This document shows, in pieces, positions 32,690 to 48,873 of a stretch of 64,000 nt of DNA (position 1 is the first letter of the stretch; each line of letters starts with the position of its first letter). The DNA lies in assembly GCA_002269645.1 (NCBI GenBank), contig NIVC01001743.1:179012-243011 (forward strand), read 5' to 3'. Origin of the DNA: Macrostomum lignano (lineage: Eukaryota). The translations under genes were made by a program, and so were the position numbers. The notes below the pieces were generated by a model. That model made no database searches and had not been told where the DNA came from. It worked only from the letters and a program-made list of their open reading frames with translations.

Positions 32690-33595
32690 ATAATGCTAAA
32701 AGTGCGGTAAAATAATTTGATTCCATTCTAAAGCGCGCGTCCGCGGGCTTTCAACATTTATTCCAATAGGTTAGCCAACTACCTATACTTTTAGGCCTAA
32801 CCATTGTTTATTGTTGCTATTTTATTTATTCATAAGTTTATATATATAGTTGCTATTTATATATATTAGATAAATAGTTTTACTAATTGATATTTAAAAT
32901 CTATGTTTAAACTCACTTTTAATCTCTTTTTTAAATCTCTTATTTGAAAAACTTTTTACAATATATTAGTTATTAAACTAAATAGAAACAGAAACTTTAT
33001 TTTTTAAAGAAAGTAATTAAATATTTAAAAGTAAAACTGTAAAAGATTGTTTAAACTTATTGCAATTATTGCAATTAATCTAAAATTAGCCTATTTTAAG
33101 TAAGACAGTTATTATTATAGTGACCATATAAATAGCAATATGGTTATTTTATGGTTAACACATAAGACATTATCTGGGCCTAGGGTCTGTACTTAATATA
33201 ACTATATAAATAGCAAAATAGTTATTTTTACAGTTACCATATATAGGAAGCTAAAGGACTATTTTTATGGTCACACTAGGAAAGAAATTTCAGTTAAATT
33301 CCTATGTACTAGTTGGCCTATTCCATATAAGATGGACATATTTGGAAACCATAGTCCAGATCATGGCAGGGTGTACGCCAAACTAAAACTTGATAGATCC
33401 ACAGTTTGTATGCCAATGTACGCCAATTTTTTTCTGCCTTCCCTAACTGTACGCCACTTTTGCAGGTACAAATTTCCTACTTCAAGTAGGAAACTATTCA
33501 ATGAAAAATTAACAAAATGAAAAATAAGTTAACAAAAAATAGAGTATATTGCAATTTAAATACAGTTACACCTATGTTATATATATCCCTATTAT

Positions 33596-34253
33596 TAGAG
33601 CTGTCACGAGATCTTGATGAGACAAGATTTGAGACAAGATCTCAACATTTTTTCTCGTCTTGAGAAGTCTCGAATTTTGTCAAGAAATTCAAGACAAGAT
33701 TCAAGAATTTTTCTGATACCTTTTTTCAAAAGCTTTTAAGTGATAAAATATAAAAAGGGGAGCAAATTTTCATATGAATATAACTGTTAGTTGTAACATG
33801 CTTAATAGGGCAATTTTCAAATAGTAAAATCTAGCCAATGTCAAGCAGTTTTAGTTATTTAATAAACGTTGTTATATACGAGTTTGCATTGCATATGTGC
33901 TTTTTTAGTTATTATTTCAGTTCTGCGGCAAGGTGTATCAAAGCAGACTCAAAGACAATCTACATAGGTCTTTTGACGAATTAGTAATAGACATAGTAGG
34001 GCCAAGGGCCTATATGCTACAAGCATAAATGCTTATGAATAAATAGCAAAGAATTAAAACTAGAATTAAGAAAGTATTTTGGAAAATCTAAAAAATATAT
34101 TTTAGAATTGTATCATATCAAGAAATTTAAGACAAGATAAGACAAGATAAGAGCAAGACAAGATGCAATTCTGAAATATATTTTTTTGATTTACTTTGTC
34201 TTGTCTCGTCTCGAATCTCGTCTCAAATAAAATCTCTAATTTTGACAGCTCTA
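33596..34253. mobile_element. hAT-type MITE, 658 bp
   Basis: Perfect 11-bp TIR TAGAGCTGTCA / TGACAGCTCTA; perfect 8-bp TSD CCTATTAT at 33588-33595 and 34254-34261; subterminal GAGACAAGA/TCTTGTCTC repeats. Confidence 0.92.
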
Positions 34254-34323
34254 CCTATTATACTACAAGCAAGTAAAATATATATTATGCCTCTAATGCA
34301 TAGAGGCATACATTACATAGCTA

Positions 34324-37300
34324 ATGGCAGAAGTGTGCAGCGCAGTGGTGAGTATATAGAGAAGCCTGAGGACAATGTTGATGATTAACTTTTGACTGTT
34401 CTTTCCTCAGCTTTCATGTTGTGGATGCTTTGTTGATTCGTTGAATGTTACATTGTTCATGCATCAGGTACAAAGCTTTGGTCTATGGCAATTTGTAAAA
34501 GTAGCACAGGGGGTAAGGCAGAAAAGGGTAGAAAAGTGCTCATATCTCAAGAATGCTAGCAGATACAAAAATAAACAGAAAGTCATTTTAATGGGTAGAT
34601 AATTCTCTTTTCAATTGCAATAGACTTAATATTTCTGATTGGTCGGAAAAAGCTATAGTGAAGAAAGTGCACTGACTTTTTGGACACGCCTCATATTTGT
34701 AGAAATATAAACTTTTGTGAAATATAATAACAATGAAATAACACAAACTTCTTGGTAGAACTATTATTATAATAGCATATAATTTTTTCTTGCCTAATTT
34801 TAGATATGAGGATTCAGATAGAGGACTAATATAGTAGTCTTATTTATTGTAGCAACAAACTTATCTCTATTAAACATATTACAAGGCTAGATCAGCATGG
34901 TCCTCAAGATTCAGCTATCTTTGCCAACCCTTTCTAGTTAGCAGTTTCTTATATGCTTGTACAATGGTTTATAATGGTTTAAAACAAATAGGAGGCATGT
35001 ATAAAAGCACATAATATAATGCCTTGCAGACTAACCAATAGTAGTCAACTATCTGTCTTTATAAACCAAAATTATAATTGTATTTATAATATTGAGTATT
35101 GTATAGTCTGGCTAGCAATCTCTTAGCTAGATCTTAATCTTATTGAGAAAACTGCAATAAAGTACACTAGTAAGTTTCAGATAAGTGACCAAGCATTAGA
35201 CTCAGTAATTTTTGGCATTGTGAGTTGAACATTAAGATGCCAAATTGAAAACTAGGATGCTAAGTGGAAGCAGTCAAAGGTTCTAAATCAGATAAAGTGC
35301 AAGCATCTCTATCCCATACTTTACATAGTTAAATTTCTAACCCACATAAGTTGCAGAAGTCTGCACAGTCTATGTTTATTTTTAAGAATTGATTGGAATC
35401 TTCAAATCCCAAGAAATTTTATAAATATTAAATTGTTATTATTTTTGATAAAATACCAATCATAGAAGTTAGAGTCTTTCCATAGGAAAGCATGTATAAC
35501 ATTAGAGATTATTTTAAACAACCTACAAAGTTTCTAAGTTTCTTAGCACATAAGTATTGCATTCTACTTTTAAAACCCTTTTATAAATTTTGTATTACTT
35601 CAAGATTCAAATATATATCAAAATCATTCATTCTTTGATTCTATGATAAAAAAATTACTTAAAGTTTGATATTGTAAGTAATTATAGAATTTTACACATT
35701 TTATTTTTTAAAACTATATCTGCAATTTTTAGGGAATAAAATGTCATTCAAAACTAATTAGTAGTTATAGTTAGTCAAATTGAAATATTTTTGAGTAGAT
35801 TTTGAGCAAATTTTAGCTAATTTCAAACAAAAATGTTATAAAACCTTAATTTGGCAATATGAAATCACAAGAGTCATACGTAGGTTTTGTGCATGAATAT
35901 TTTTTATAAAATGAATATTTTTGAATGGCTTTGTTAGTTTAATTTTATCTAAATGTTTAAATATTTTTAAATGTTTTTATCATGAAATAATGGTGAAAAT
36001 TGTATCAATCCAGCTCGGAAGTTTTAGGAGAAAGTTTTTTGTATACCTTAAAAGAAACAGTTTCCGGCCCTTCCTAAGTAGTTGTTATCCATTGTATTCA
36101 TAGTATTAACATAACACAAGTATACAGTACAAATTGCACATTTGATTGTCATCCATGCCTACACAAATTGCAGTCTCGTCAGTCATCCAGGCCGGGCAGC
36201 GTCCACTCGGTGCACACGCCCGAGCCGCCGCCGCCGCCACCGCCGCCGATGCCGCCCCACTCAATGCCCGGCGGCTGCTCCAGCTCCGGCTACCGCTACG
36301 CCCCTGGCCCGCCGCCGCCATCCTCAATGCCAATGATGCCGCACACTCACCATCACCATCCCAATCATCTTCCTCCGCCGCCTCCCCATCATCACGGCCC
36401 GCTTCCTCATCAGGGCCTGCCGAGGCCGCCACCGGCTCCGCTGCACCATCACCATCCCGGAACTGGCGGCGGCCCCGCCGGCTTTCACGCCGGTCCGGCG
36501 CCGGCCATGCCGCCGATGCCGCCCCATCATCACCGTCCCATGCATCCCCACCACCCGATGCCGCCGCCACCGCCGCCCCCGCCGCCGACAGCCGACTTGC
36601 GAGTCCACGAGATCAACAAGCGCCTGTCGCAGCGGCCGCGGGACACGCCGATTCAGTGGTGGCACAGCTTTGCTAACGAATTCTTCGAAGACGACGCCGT
36701 TATGATTTTGTCAATTGGCCCGCTGCCAGACGAGCCCGGCCCGAAGTCCTACGTCATTGGCCGGGTTCTAATACCCAGATTCTTTCAATACCTGCTGGAA
36801 GGCTGCGATGAAGCCTATTTCTGGCTGAGAACGCCTCACGAGTCGTTGCTGGGCCCGCCGCCGAGGCCGGGGCCGCCAGTACCACCACTTCTGGTGCTGT
36901 CCTGCCAGGCTGGGGAGCTGGTCACCAGCTATTATCGGGTGCAGCCGGTCATGTGCAAGGTATGAGAGACCTTAATAATGATAATAATTGATTACACCTG
37001 CCCTAATGACCACATGTGCAACCGACAGCTCAGCTGAAGGCTGCGTACGGCTGTTCAGTCCAAGGACTGGGGGTCGCCACACACACCCTCAATGACCCCA
37101 GGTAATGCTGGCACCCATTTTACAGCTGGGTGAACTGAAGCAATGCAGAGTTAAGCGTCGTGCTCAAGGACAGGAACACAAATTTTTCGGAGTTCTGGGT
37201 CGAGAATCGAACCCCTGACCTTTCAGTCGTGAGTCCGAGGGCTATAACCCCCTATAAAGAGCCCTATAGAGTTGTAATTCATTCAGCCTGGGCGGCTTCT

Positions 37301-38982
37301 GTGTTCAGTTCCCTTTTGCATTGTCAGCGGCTACACTCTTTGTGCATTGAGGATATTGGTCCACGCGTTGGCGAGAATTCCCATTAAAAAGCCATACCGT
37401 AAAAAAAATCGCTTTAAAGTCTCAACTCTCAAGTGACTCAAGCGACTAGTGACTTTTTAACGACTCAAACGTGTCTAATGCAACAGAGAGGCGACTGTTG
37501 CATCAGTTGCACCATCGTAGGTATAAGATTCGCAAAAGAATTCGCCTAATAATTGTTGTGTTGGCGCTTAACTTTCGCTAGATAAGCAACTAGATATGCC
37601 CAAGAGTCACTTGCGTCTCCCCAGAGTCGCAGACAATAAAGCACCTCAAAGAGACTCTTTGACGATTTTTTTTGCGACTTGTACCGTTACGTCTCATCGT
37701 TTTCAATTTGTTGACCCAATCTGGGACCGCCTTAGGTACCGCTTTCGTCGGGAATACTCAAAACAAATTTCGCTATAAGACCCCACAGGGGGGCAGAGAG
37801 CTAGTCACAGTATACTAAATTCTGACATGCCATCTCCCAAGACGTATCTCACTGTTCCAGGTACTGACAGACGTGGCTTTGAACATCGAATTCATCATGG
37901 ACGACCAGATGCGAGTTCGCCTATGGAGTATGGAGGTGCGCGGATTCCGTGAACTAGTGCCCCGCCTGATGCTGCAGTCGCCGCCGCCACCGCCTCATCA
38001 TCAGCATCCGCATTTGCAGCATCACCCGCCGCCCGGCCCATCCAAGGCTCTGTTGGACATGGCGTCCAAGAACATGACTAGGGCCGGCTTGCCCAACGAT
38101 CTGGTGCATTTCGCCCGCCTGTCGGCCATTCTGCAGCCCATGCAAGAGCTCATGGCCATGCAGAGACAGTTCGGTCACGCGCCGCGCCAGTGTCTGCACA
38201 ACGTGCTCTATCGCAAGTGGCAACGCGAGACCGGGAGTAGCGGCGGCGGCGGCGGCAGCAACGGACCGCCGACTGCCAACGGCGGCCCGTCGTCCGCTGC
38301 GTCCGGCGATTCGTCAAAGTCGAACGGCAAAGGCGGCGGTAAAGGCGGCGGCAAGGCGAGCGCCGGCAAAGGCAAGAAACGGAAAGCCGCTTCGGCCGCT
38401 TCCGGTGACGGCGCCGCCGGTCAGGGCGCCAAGAAGGCGGCCAGGGCGAGTCCTTCATCGGCTGCTAATGCGGCAGCGGCGGCGGCTGCAGCGGCAGCGG
38501 CAGCTTCCACTGGCATGCTGGGACCGGCCGACGTGATGGTCGTGACGGAGCCAACCATGATGGGCTGCGGAGCGGGCGCAGAAGCAGACGAGAGGCTGAT
38601 AACTCGGCTGGAGAATTCGCAGTTCGACCCCAGCCGATCCACGTCCTCGGCCTCGTCCGGATTCTACAACAATATGAATCACCTCGGCCATAATAATAAT
38701 AATAATATTCATAATAATAATGGCGGCAACGGCAAGATGGGCATGCTGCCGCCGCCTCCCATGATGATGATGCACCAGCAGCACCCGCATCATCATCAGC
38801 TTCAGCAGCAGCCGCTTCCGCCGCGCCCTCCGCCGCCTCCTCCGCCTCCGCCGGTGTCCAGCAGCGTACAGCAGCAGCCGCCGCCGCCCCCGCACATGGC
38901 ACCATCGCCGGCTGGCAGCGTGGGGTCTTGCCGGAGCAAGCCGAATACCCCCATGAGCCTCAGCCATCCATCGCCGTGTTAG
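34324..38982 (+). CDS. LDB: LIM domain-binding protein (LDB1/2, Chip family), about 643 aa
   Basis: Exons 34324-34347 (tentative MAEVCSAV, GTGAGT donor), 36174-36959, 37861-38982; all phase 0. Dimerisation domain DLRVHEINKRL...WWHSFANEFFEDDA...YVIGRVLIPRFF...EFIMDDQMRVRLW...RELVPR; LCCD SKNMTRAGL...LQPMQELM; NLS KGKKRK; LIM-interaction domain DVMVVTEPTMMG...DERLITRLENSQFD. Confidence 0.93.
36973..37256 (-). mobile_element. tRNA-derived SINE (copy 1), in the LDB intron
   Basis: Reverse complement of 44152-44480; B-box GGTTCGATTC; central GTCCTTGAGCACGAC...CATTGCTTCAGTTCACCCAGCTGTAAAATGGGTGCC; (ATT)n tail. Confidence 0.85.
37590..37710. repeat. dispersed repeat shared with about 30290-30390
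   Basis: Both copies contain AGTCGCAGACAATAAA..CCTCAAA..GACTC.....TTTTT.GCGACTTGTA. Confidence 0.55.
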
Positions 38983-39119
38983 TTTAGCGAATTTCTGTCA
39001 TTTTTTAGCTGCTTTGTTGCTTTTTTTGCTTGCGTTGCAGCGGAACTGGGGGGGGGGGCAGTCGCTGTTATTTTTGTAGCAGTGACGTTGTACTTTTACA
39101 GCGTTTTAGTGCATGCTGC

Positions 39120-39467
39120 TAGAGTTTACAGTGTACTGCGATTGTGTACTTCACTGGTTACAGAGTGTACAGTAGTACTGTGTACTTCACTGGTTGCAGA
39201 GTGTACAGTAGTACTGTGTACTTCACTGGTTGCAGAGTGTACAGTAGTACTGTGTACTTCACTGGTTGCAGAGTGTACAGTAGTACTGTGTACTTCACTG
39301 GTTGCAGAGTGTACAGTAGTACTGTGTACTTCACTGGTTGCAGAGTGTACAGTAGTACTGTGTACTTCACTGGTTGCAGAGTGTACAGTAGTACTGTGTA
39401 CTTCACTGGTTGCAGAGTGTACAGTAGTACTGTGTACTTCACTGGTTGCAGAGTGTACAGTAGTACT
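39120..39467. repeat. 36-bp minisatellite, about 9.5 copies, just 3' of the LDB stop
   Basis: Unit CAGAGTGTACAGTAGTACTGTGTACTTCACTGGTTG; nearly identical copies. Confidence 0.95.
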
Positions 39468-40956
39468 TACAGGCAAAGCATGCTATCGACTAACGAACAA
39501 AGAGCCAAGACAGAAACGCTATTCTAATTCACTCTTTGTTTGCCGCGATTTTTTAATCCGTTTTTTAAGTTTCAGAATTTTTTTAAATGTAGTTTCTATC
39601 GATATTGTATAATTAAAAGCTCTTACAATGTTTTTAATAATTTAATTTCTCTGTCTCAATCAAGCAGTTTGGAATCTCTCTTTTATTTATCTAGCCGTGG
39701 CTGTTTGAGCTTTTGTGTGCAATAAATTACCTGTCAGAAATGGAATCATGTAGTTCCTTGTCTTGTATATGTTAGTGTGCATATATATATGTAGTAATCA
39801 GTGTAAGAAATTGTGTCTACATGTGCAAAATTACAGTTTCTGCTGCTTGTTAATTGTTGTTTATTGTCGTCTGTTTTTGACTGTCCGAGTCCCCTGAGAC
39901 CAGCCTTGCCAACCCCAGTGACTGCACCAATTAAACACCTGTCCTTAACTATGCTAATCAACAACAGCTTACGTCTCATTCGCAGTTGATATTAATTTAC
40001 AAACCGGGGCCACAGATATGCGCACAAGATACTACTTATCTGCTGTGTGTGTTTTTTTAAAAACAATTTTAAGTAGTCTGCGCGAAATTTTGCCATCTAA
40101 ATTTATATTTTTCCTGCTACAAAAATGCAGCTAATTTGGATCCTGCGTTTTTTTTTTAAAGGATCATTTTTTTACCTGCCCTTTTTAATGCTACACCGCC
40201 TTGAAGGTGTGCCCAGGTAATATTTAATCAGCTCTCTGTAGCAGCTTGAATGAATGAATACTCCTGATTTGCACTTTTATCTGTAGTTCATCCCCAGAGC
40301 TCGCTTGTTAATAACCGCAGCTGTTCTCAAATATTTAATACACTTAACGCATCCCTGTCTAATTAACCTGCTCTGATTTTTGTTCATCGTGCATTCACTT
40401 TGACGCTGTTAAAGTGACTTGTTTGTACAGAAAATTTTATTTATATATATATATTTATTTAACGACTAAAATGAATATTATACACGAATTTGGGCTTGCG
40501 CGTGTTAAAGTGCATATGCATATATTTATTGCTAGTAATGTGTCTATAACTAACTATAAGCTAGTTTATTAGAGAAGTTTCCTTTCTTTTCGTTTCAACA
40601 ATAAGCACAACCAGCGCAGCTCATACTTTCTTGATCGTCGGGCACGTGCACTCCCTGTGCCTTGGGGACTGGCCCCAAATGGCATGATTATTTTGATGCT
40701 GAAAGTTTAATCTAATTCAGAAATTGTTAAATTGTTAAATAGCGTTTTAACAAACTTAGTTCAGTTTGACGTTTACTAAAAACTTGGAAATATTCTAGAC
40801 TCTCAAGAGACTTAGTGCGCTCGTATACTCCTGGCATGTTAAAGTCCAGGTATCAATCCTAAAGAGCTTTTGTCTATGGTAGCAATTTGGCCATAGCGGC
40901 TCTATAGTTTCACCCTAGCTTTTCATTTAGACATGATGGTCACAAGCAGTGAGGAC

Positions 40957-42199
40957 TAGGCAATACAAAATCCCAATACAATTGGTTTTGCCAATTCCGG
41001 GATTCCTAGGGATCGGGATATCCCGGACTTCGAAAACCCCGGGGATTCTCGGGATTGGGATATCCCGGACTTTGTCAATCCCGGGATTCTCGGGATTGGG
41101 ATATCCCGGACTTTTTCAATCCCGGGGATTCCTCGGGATCGGGATATCCCGGACTTCGAAAACCCCGGGGATTCTCGGGATTGGGATATCCCGGACTTTG
41201 CCAATCCCGGGATTTCGACAAATTGAGCCGGGATCCCGGGATTAAAAAAGTTTCTAATCTTTGTTGGCGCAATTTTGGTTTACGAAGTCATCTAAACTGG
41301 TTTTAAAGGGCTTTCAATAATAAATTAGAACAGAATAAGATTTTGCTAACAAGAAACTGACAGTGAGAACTCTGAATTGGAGTATGATGTACGGGCTGGC
41401 GTAATAGACGTGCTTTTTTACATTCCAGTATCAGCTCAGGAAAATCACACTTGATTGTGATGTAACCTAGGGAATGATAGCTTAGATTTGGATCTATGAC
41501 CAGAGGTACTGACACCAGGGTAAGAAGGGGATCACCCGCCCTAAATGGAGAACTGGTAGCTTTGGTTGTGGTCCGATAGCAAGCAAGTTCCCACTGTTCT
41601 AATCCCAACTACGGCCAATGAGGTTTGAAGGTAGGGACTGCTTAAAGTACATGTAGTTCTGCCACCATCCCTATGCTGGGCATCCAAAGGGTGTACTGAC
41701 AGTGTTGAGAATGAGGTTGAGATTGAGGGAGAGTTCAAATGAACAAGTGATTTGACTCCCGTCTGGCAAGCTAATAGCGCTGTGATCGGAAACAATGAGG
41801 AATTGGCTTCTATTACTTTAGGCTCTGTGCACAGGTTTTTGAATAATAATTACATTAGTCTGCGAGTACCATATGCATACAGTTGCGCGTACATTGTTAC
41901 ACCTGAAATCTCCTACGATCTGCCAACAGCTTCAGTTTTGTATCCCTGCAGCCCTAGCCTTCTCACTAGCCAGCATGCTACGCGTAAAAATATTAATAAA
42001 TCAAAGCAGGACAACTGGGTTATGAATTTTCACCTGAAAAGTATCTCAGCTACAGATAAATGTACTACTATTCGAGAATGAATGATTGAATTATTGCAAA
42101 GCGGGGTCGGGATCCCGATGGTGATGGTCCATTCCCGGGATTTTCGAATCCCGGACGAGTGTGATCCCGGGATTCAGGATCCCGGGATTGTATTCCCTA
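40957..42199. mobile_element. hAT-like non-autonomous element with CGGGAT/ATCCCG subterminal repeats
   Basis: Ends TAGGCAATACAAAATCCC and GGGATTGTATTCCCTA are imperfect inverted repeats; dense CGGGAT..ATCCCG motifs at 40990-41260 and 42100-42190; no TSD found. Confidence 0.5.
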
Positions 42200-42925
42200 G
42201 ATCAAATTAAATTATGCTGTTGAGCCAGTCATGCTAAGAAATATAATATATAGGGGGGAATAAATATTCCCCTTATATTACTAATGTAATATAAGGAGAA
42301 ATATAATACCATAGACAAAAGCTCATTACAGTCAGCCTAATGGTGTTGAAATGAGGTTGAAAAGCACGGCAGGCCACCCACTGAGATGTCTATGGCCAAA
42401 AGCCCCTTGGTTTTCAACAAGTGCAAAACCAAGACATGTCTCTGGTAAATCCTCTCGAGAGGCCTCAACAGCAGACTATTCAAACTTTAACACGCATCTC
42501 TTAAACACTTATTTGAAGTTTGATGACCTTCAAAAACGATTTTTGATTTTGCCAAGTTATGCGAGGGACACGGAATTTATTTGTGTCCGCACTTGTATAT
42601 TTGCGCTCTAATAATTTTCGGCCGTTATTATTAAATTGATAAGAGATAATTTGTGGTAATAAAAAGTTTTACTACTACATGAGGGCAGAGGTCAGTTAAA
42701 ACGTCTGGTTTAAGAACCAGACTGAAATAAAAGGGTGTTGTTTTAACCTAATTAAGACTTTAGGGTATCTAATTACTTTAAGTTCGTAAGTTTGCGTTTT
42801 AAAGATGCTTGCTGGCTGGAATTAAAATAGACTTTTTAATTTCAAGATGCTCTCTCCACACAAATCAGTAAATTCAATACATTGTGCTCAGGATCATCGG
42901 CAGTATAGAGATCTCAATCTGCAAT

Positions 42926-47379
<4,454 letters not shown>

Positions 47380-47689
47380 CTGGCGGACGGACAGGTGCAA
47401 AGGAAGTCTAACTGTACTTATTGTGGACTTTATGTACTTTTATGGTGATGGTTTCTACCCAAATGAACCAGAATGCCGATAGTGAAACCTTCTGCTTACC
47501 ATTACACGTAATAGTTCGTAGGTGCTCGATAGAACAGGTGTTAAAACAAAGGCAAGCTTTAGCGAGCCTCACGGAGTTATAGCTTCCTTATCTGAGTTCT
47601 TTAGTTGAGCTTATACAAGAAAGTATTTAAGCTTGTAGAGGTAGCTAAATACAAGTACAAGGCTGGCTGCAGAGCTCTCAAGCACGCAC

Positions 47690-48060
47690 TCCAACCCAAG
47701 GCTATGGAGATCAGGGAATTATAGTTTTCTGGGGTAGGGGGGGGGTTGTTAGTTGTTAAAATTCCCAGAGCAACTAAATATCCCATAGCCGTGGCCGACT
47801 GGGTGAGACAAAGTGGGGGGAGGACAGGATAAGACACACAGCTCCGCCAGAGACCGGAGGGAGAGCGCTGGCTGGTCTCCATGGAAACGAGACTGCGGGG
47901 GGGTTGGAGAGTTGAGGACAAAATGCGAGGGTTGCACCTGGCCGCCTGTTGGGATAATAATAAGAGATGGGGACGCAGACTGTTGGGAAGGGGAGCGTCC
48001 ATAACGACCTTGGTTGAGAAGCCTATAGCTTCATCATTTTTCTGCCGTCTGCAGCAGGGG
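47690..48060 (-). mobile_element. possible degenerate LINE endonuclease remnant
   Basis: Frameshifted fragments HGDQPA.S..., GYGIFSC..N...PT......DL loosely resemble APE motifs GDFNA and LN..PT..IDL. Confidence 0.2.
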
Positions 48061-48309
48061 TGAATGATGAAGTTCTCAGTTGGGCCCGAGAAATTCATAG
48101 GTCTGTTTGCCAGCTGGCTAGAGAGGGAACAGGATCTGCCGGATGGGCTGTTGGGGTGACAGGATTAGTAAACTGACTTGTAATCTTACATGCAGGTGCG
48201 TCTACAGTATGCACAGTGGTGGTTTTAGTCAATATTTATTTAAGTCGCTGCCCATTTTTCGCTCATTGGGTAGCAATCCATTTTTCAGGTAATCTTAGTT
48301 AATTCCTGA

Positions 48310-48430
48310 TTGTTAGGTAACCTGGGTACATTCCTGATTTTTGGGTAACCTGGGTACATTCCTGATTTTTGGGTAACCTGGGTACATTCCTGATTTTTGG
48401 GTAACCTGGGTACTTTTCTAGTTAGTCGGG
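48310..48430. repeat. about 28-bp repeat GGTAACCTGGGTACATTCCTGATTTTTG, 3-4 copies
   Basis: Direct. Confidence 0.8.
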
Positions 48431-48669
48431 TAACCTGGGTTCTTCTCCATTCGGTAAACTACTCTACTCTAATTATTTAAGTACCTTGGAACTTCTCTAA
48501 CTATTTAGGTAATCTGGTACTTCTTTAATTAGTTGGGTAACCTAGGTACTAAATACCCTGGGTATTGGGTACTGAACTTGGGTTGCCAGAAAAAGATCTC
48601 TCAGCAGTAATAAGATTGCAATTGATAATTTATATTCAAATGTATAAATGTACAAATATTCATTAAAGA

Positions 48670-48873
48670 TGCTGTGTGTGGGCTCAGGGCCATAGACACC
48701 TGGGAACCACCACAGTAAGTTTATTTTATAAAGTAGAGCAGAGCAAGAATTTAAAGAAAGCCAAGAGGCCTAGAAGACGCTTGGCGTGAGCGCTCTGAAA
48801 TATATGAGTACAAAACTCTCGCAATCGTCTGACAACAACCGAATGACTCCGTCTTCTTAGTGCATACATAACA
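48670..48873 (+). repeat. 5' LTR (204 bp)
   Basis: TGCTGTG...CATAACA; near-identical to the 3' LTR. Confidence 0.95.

Noticed and set aside
37190-37256. tRNA genes (also B-box-like motifs at about 8903, 17140-17170 and 44160-44235)
   Set aside because: No complete cloverleaf; these are SINE heads or remnants.
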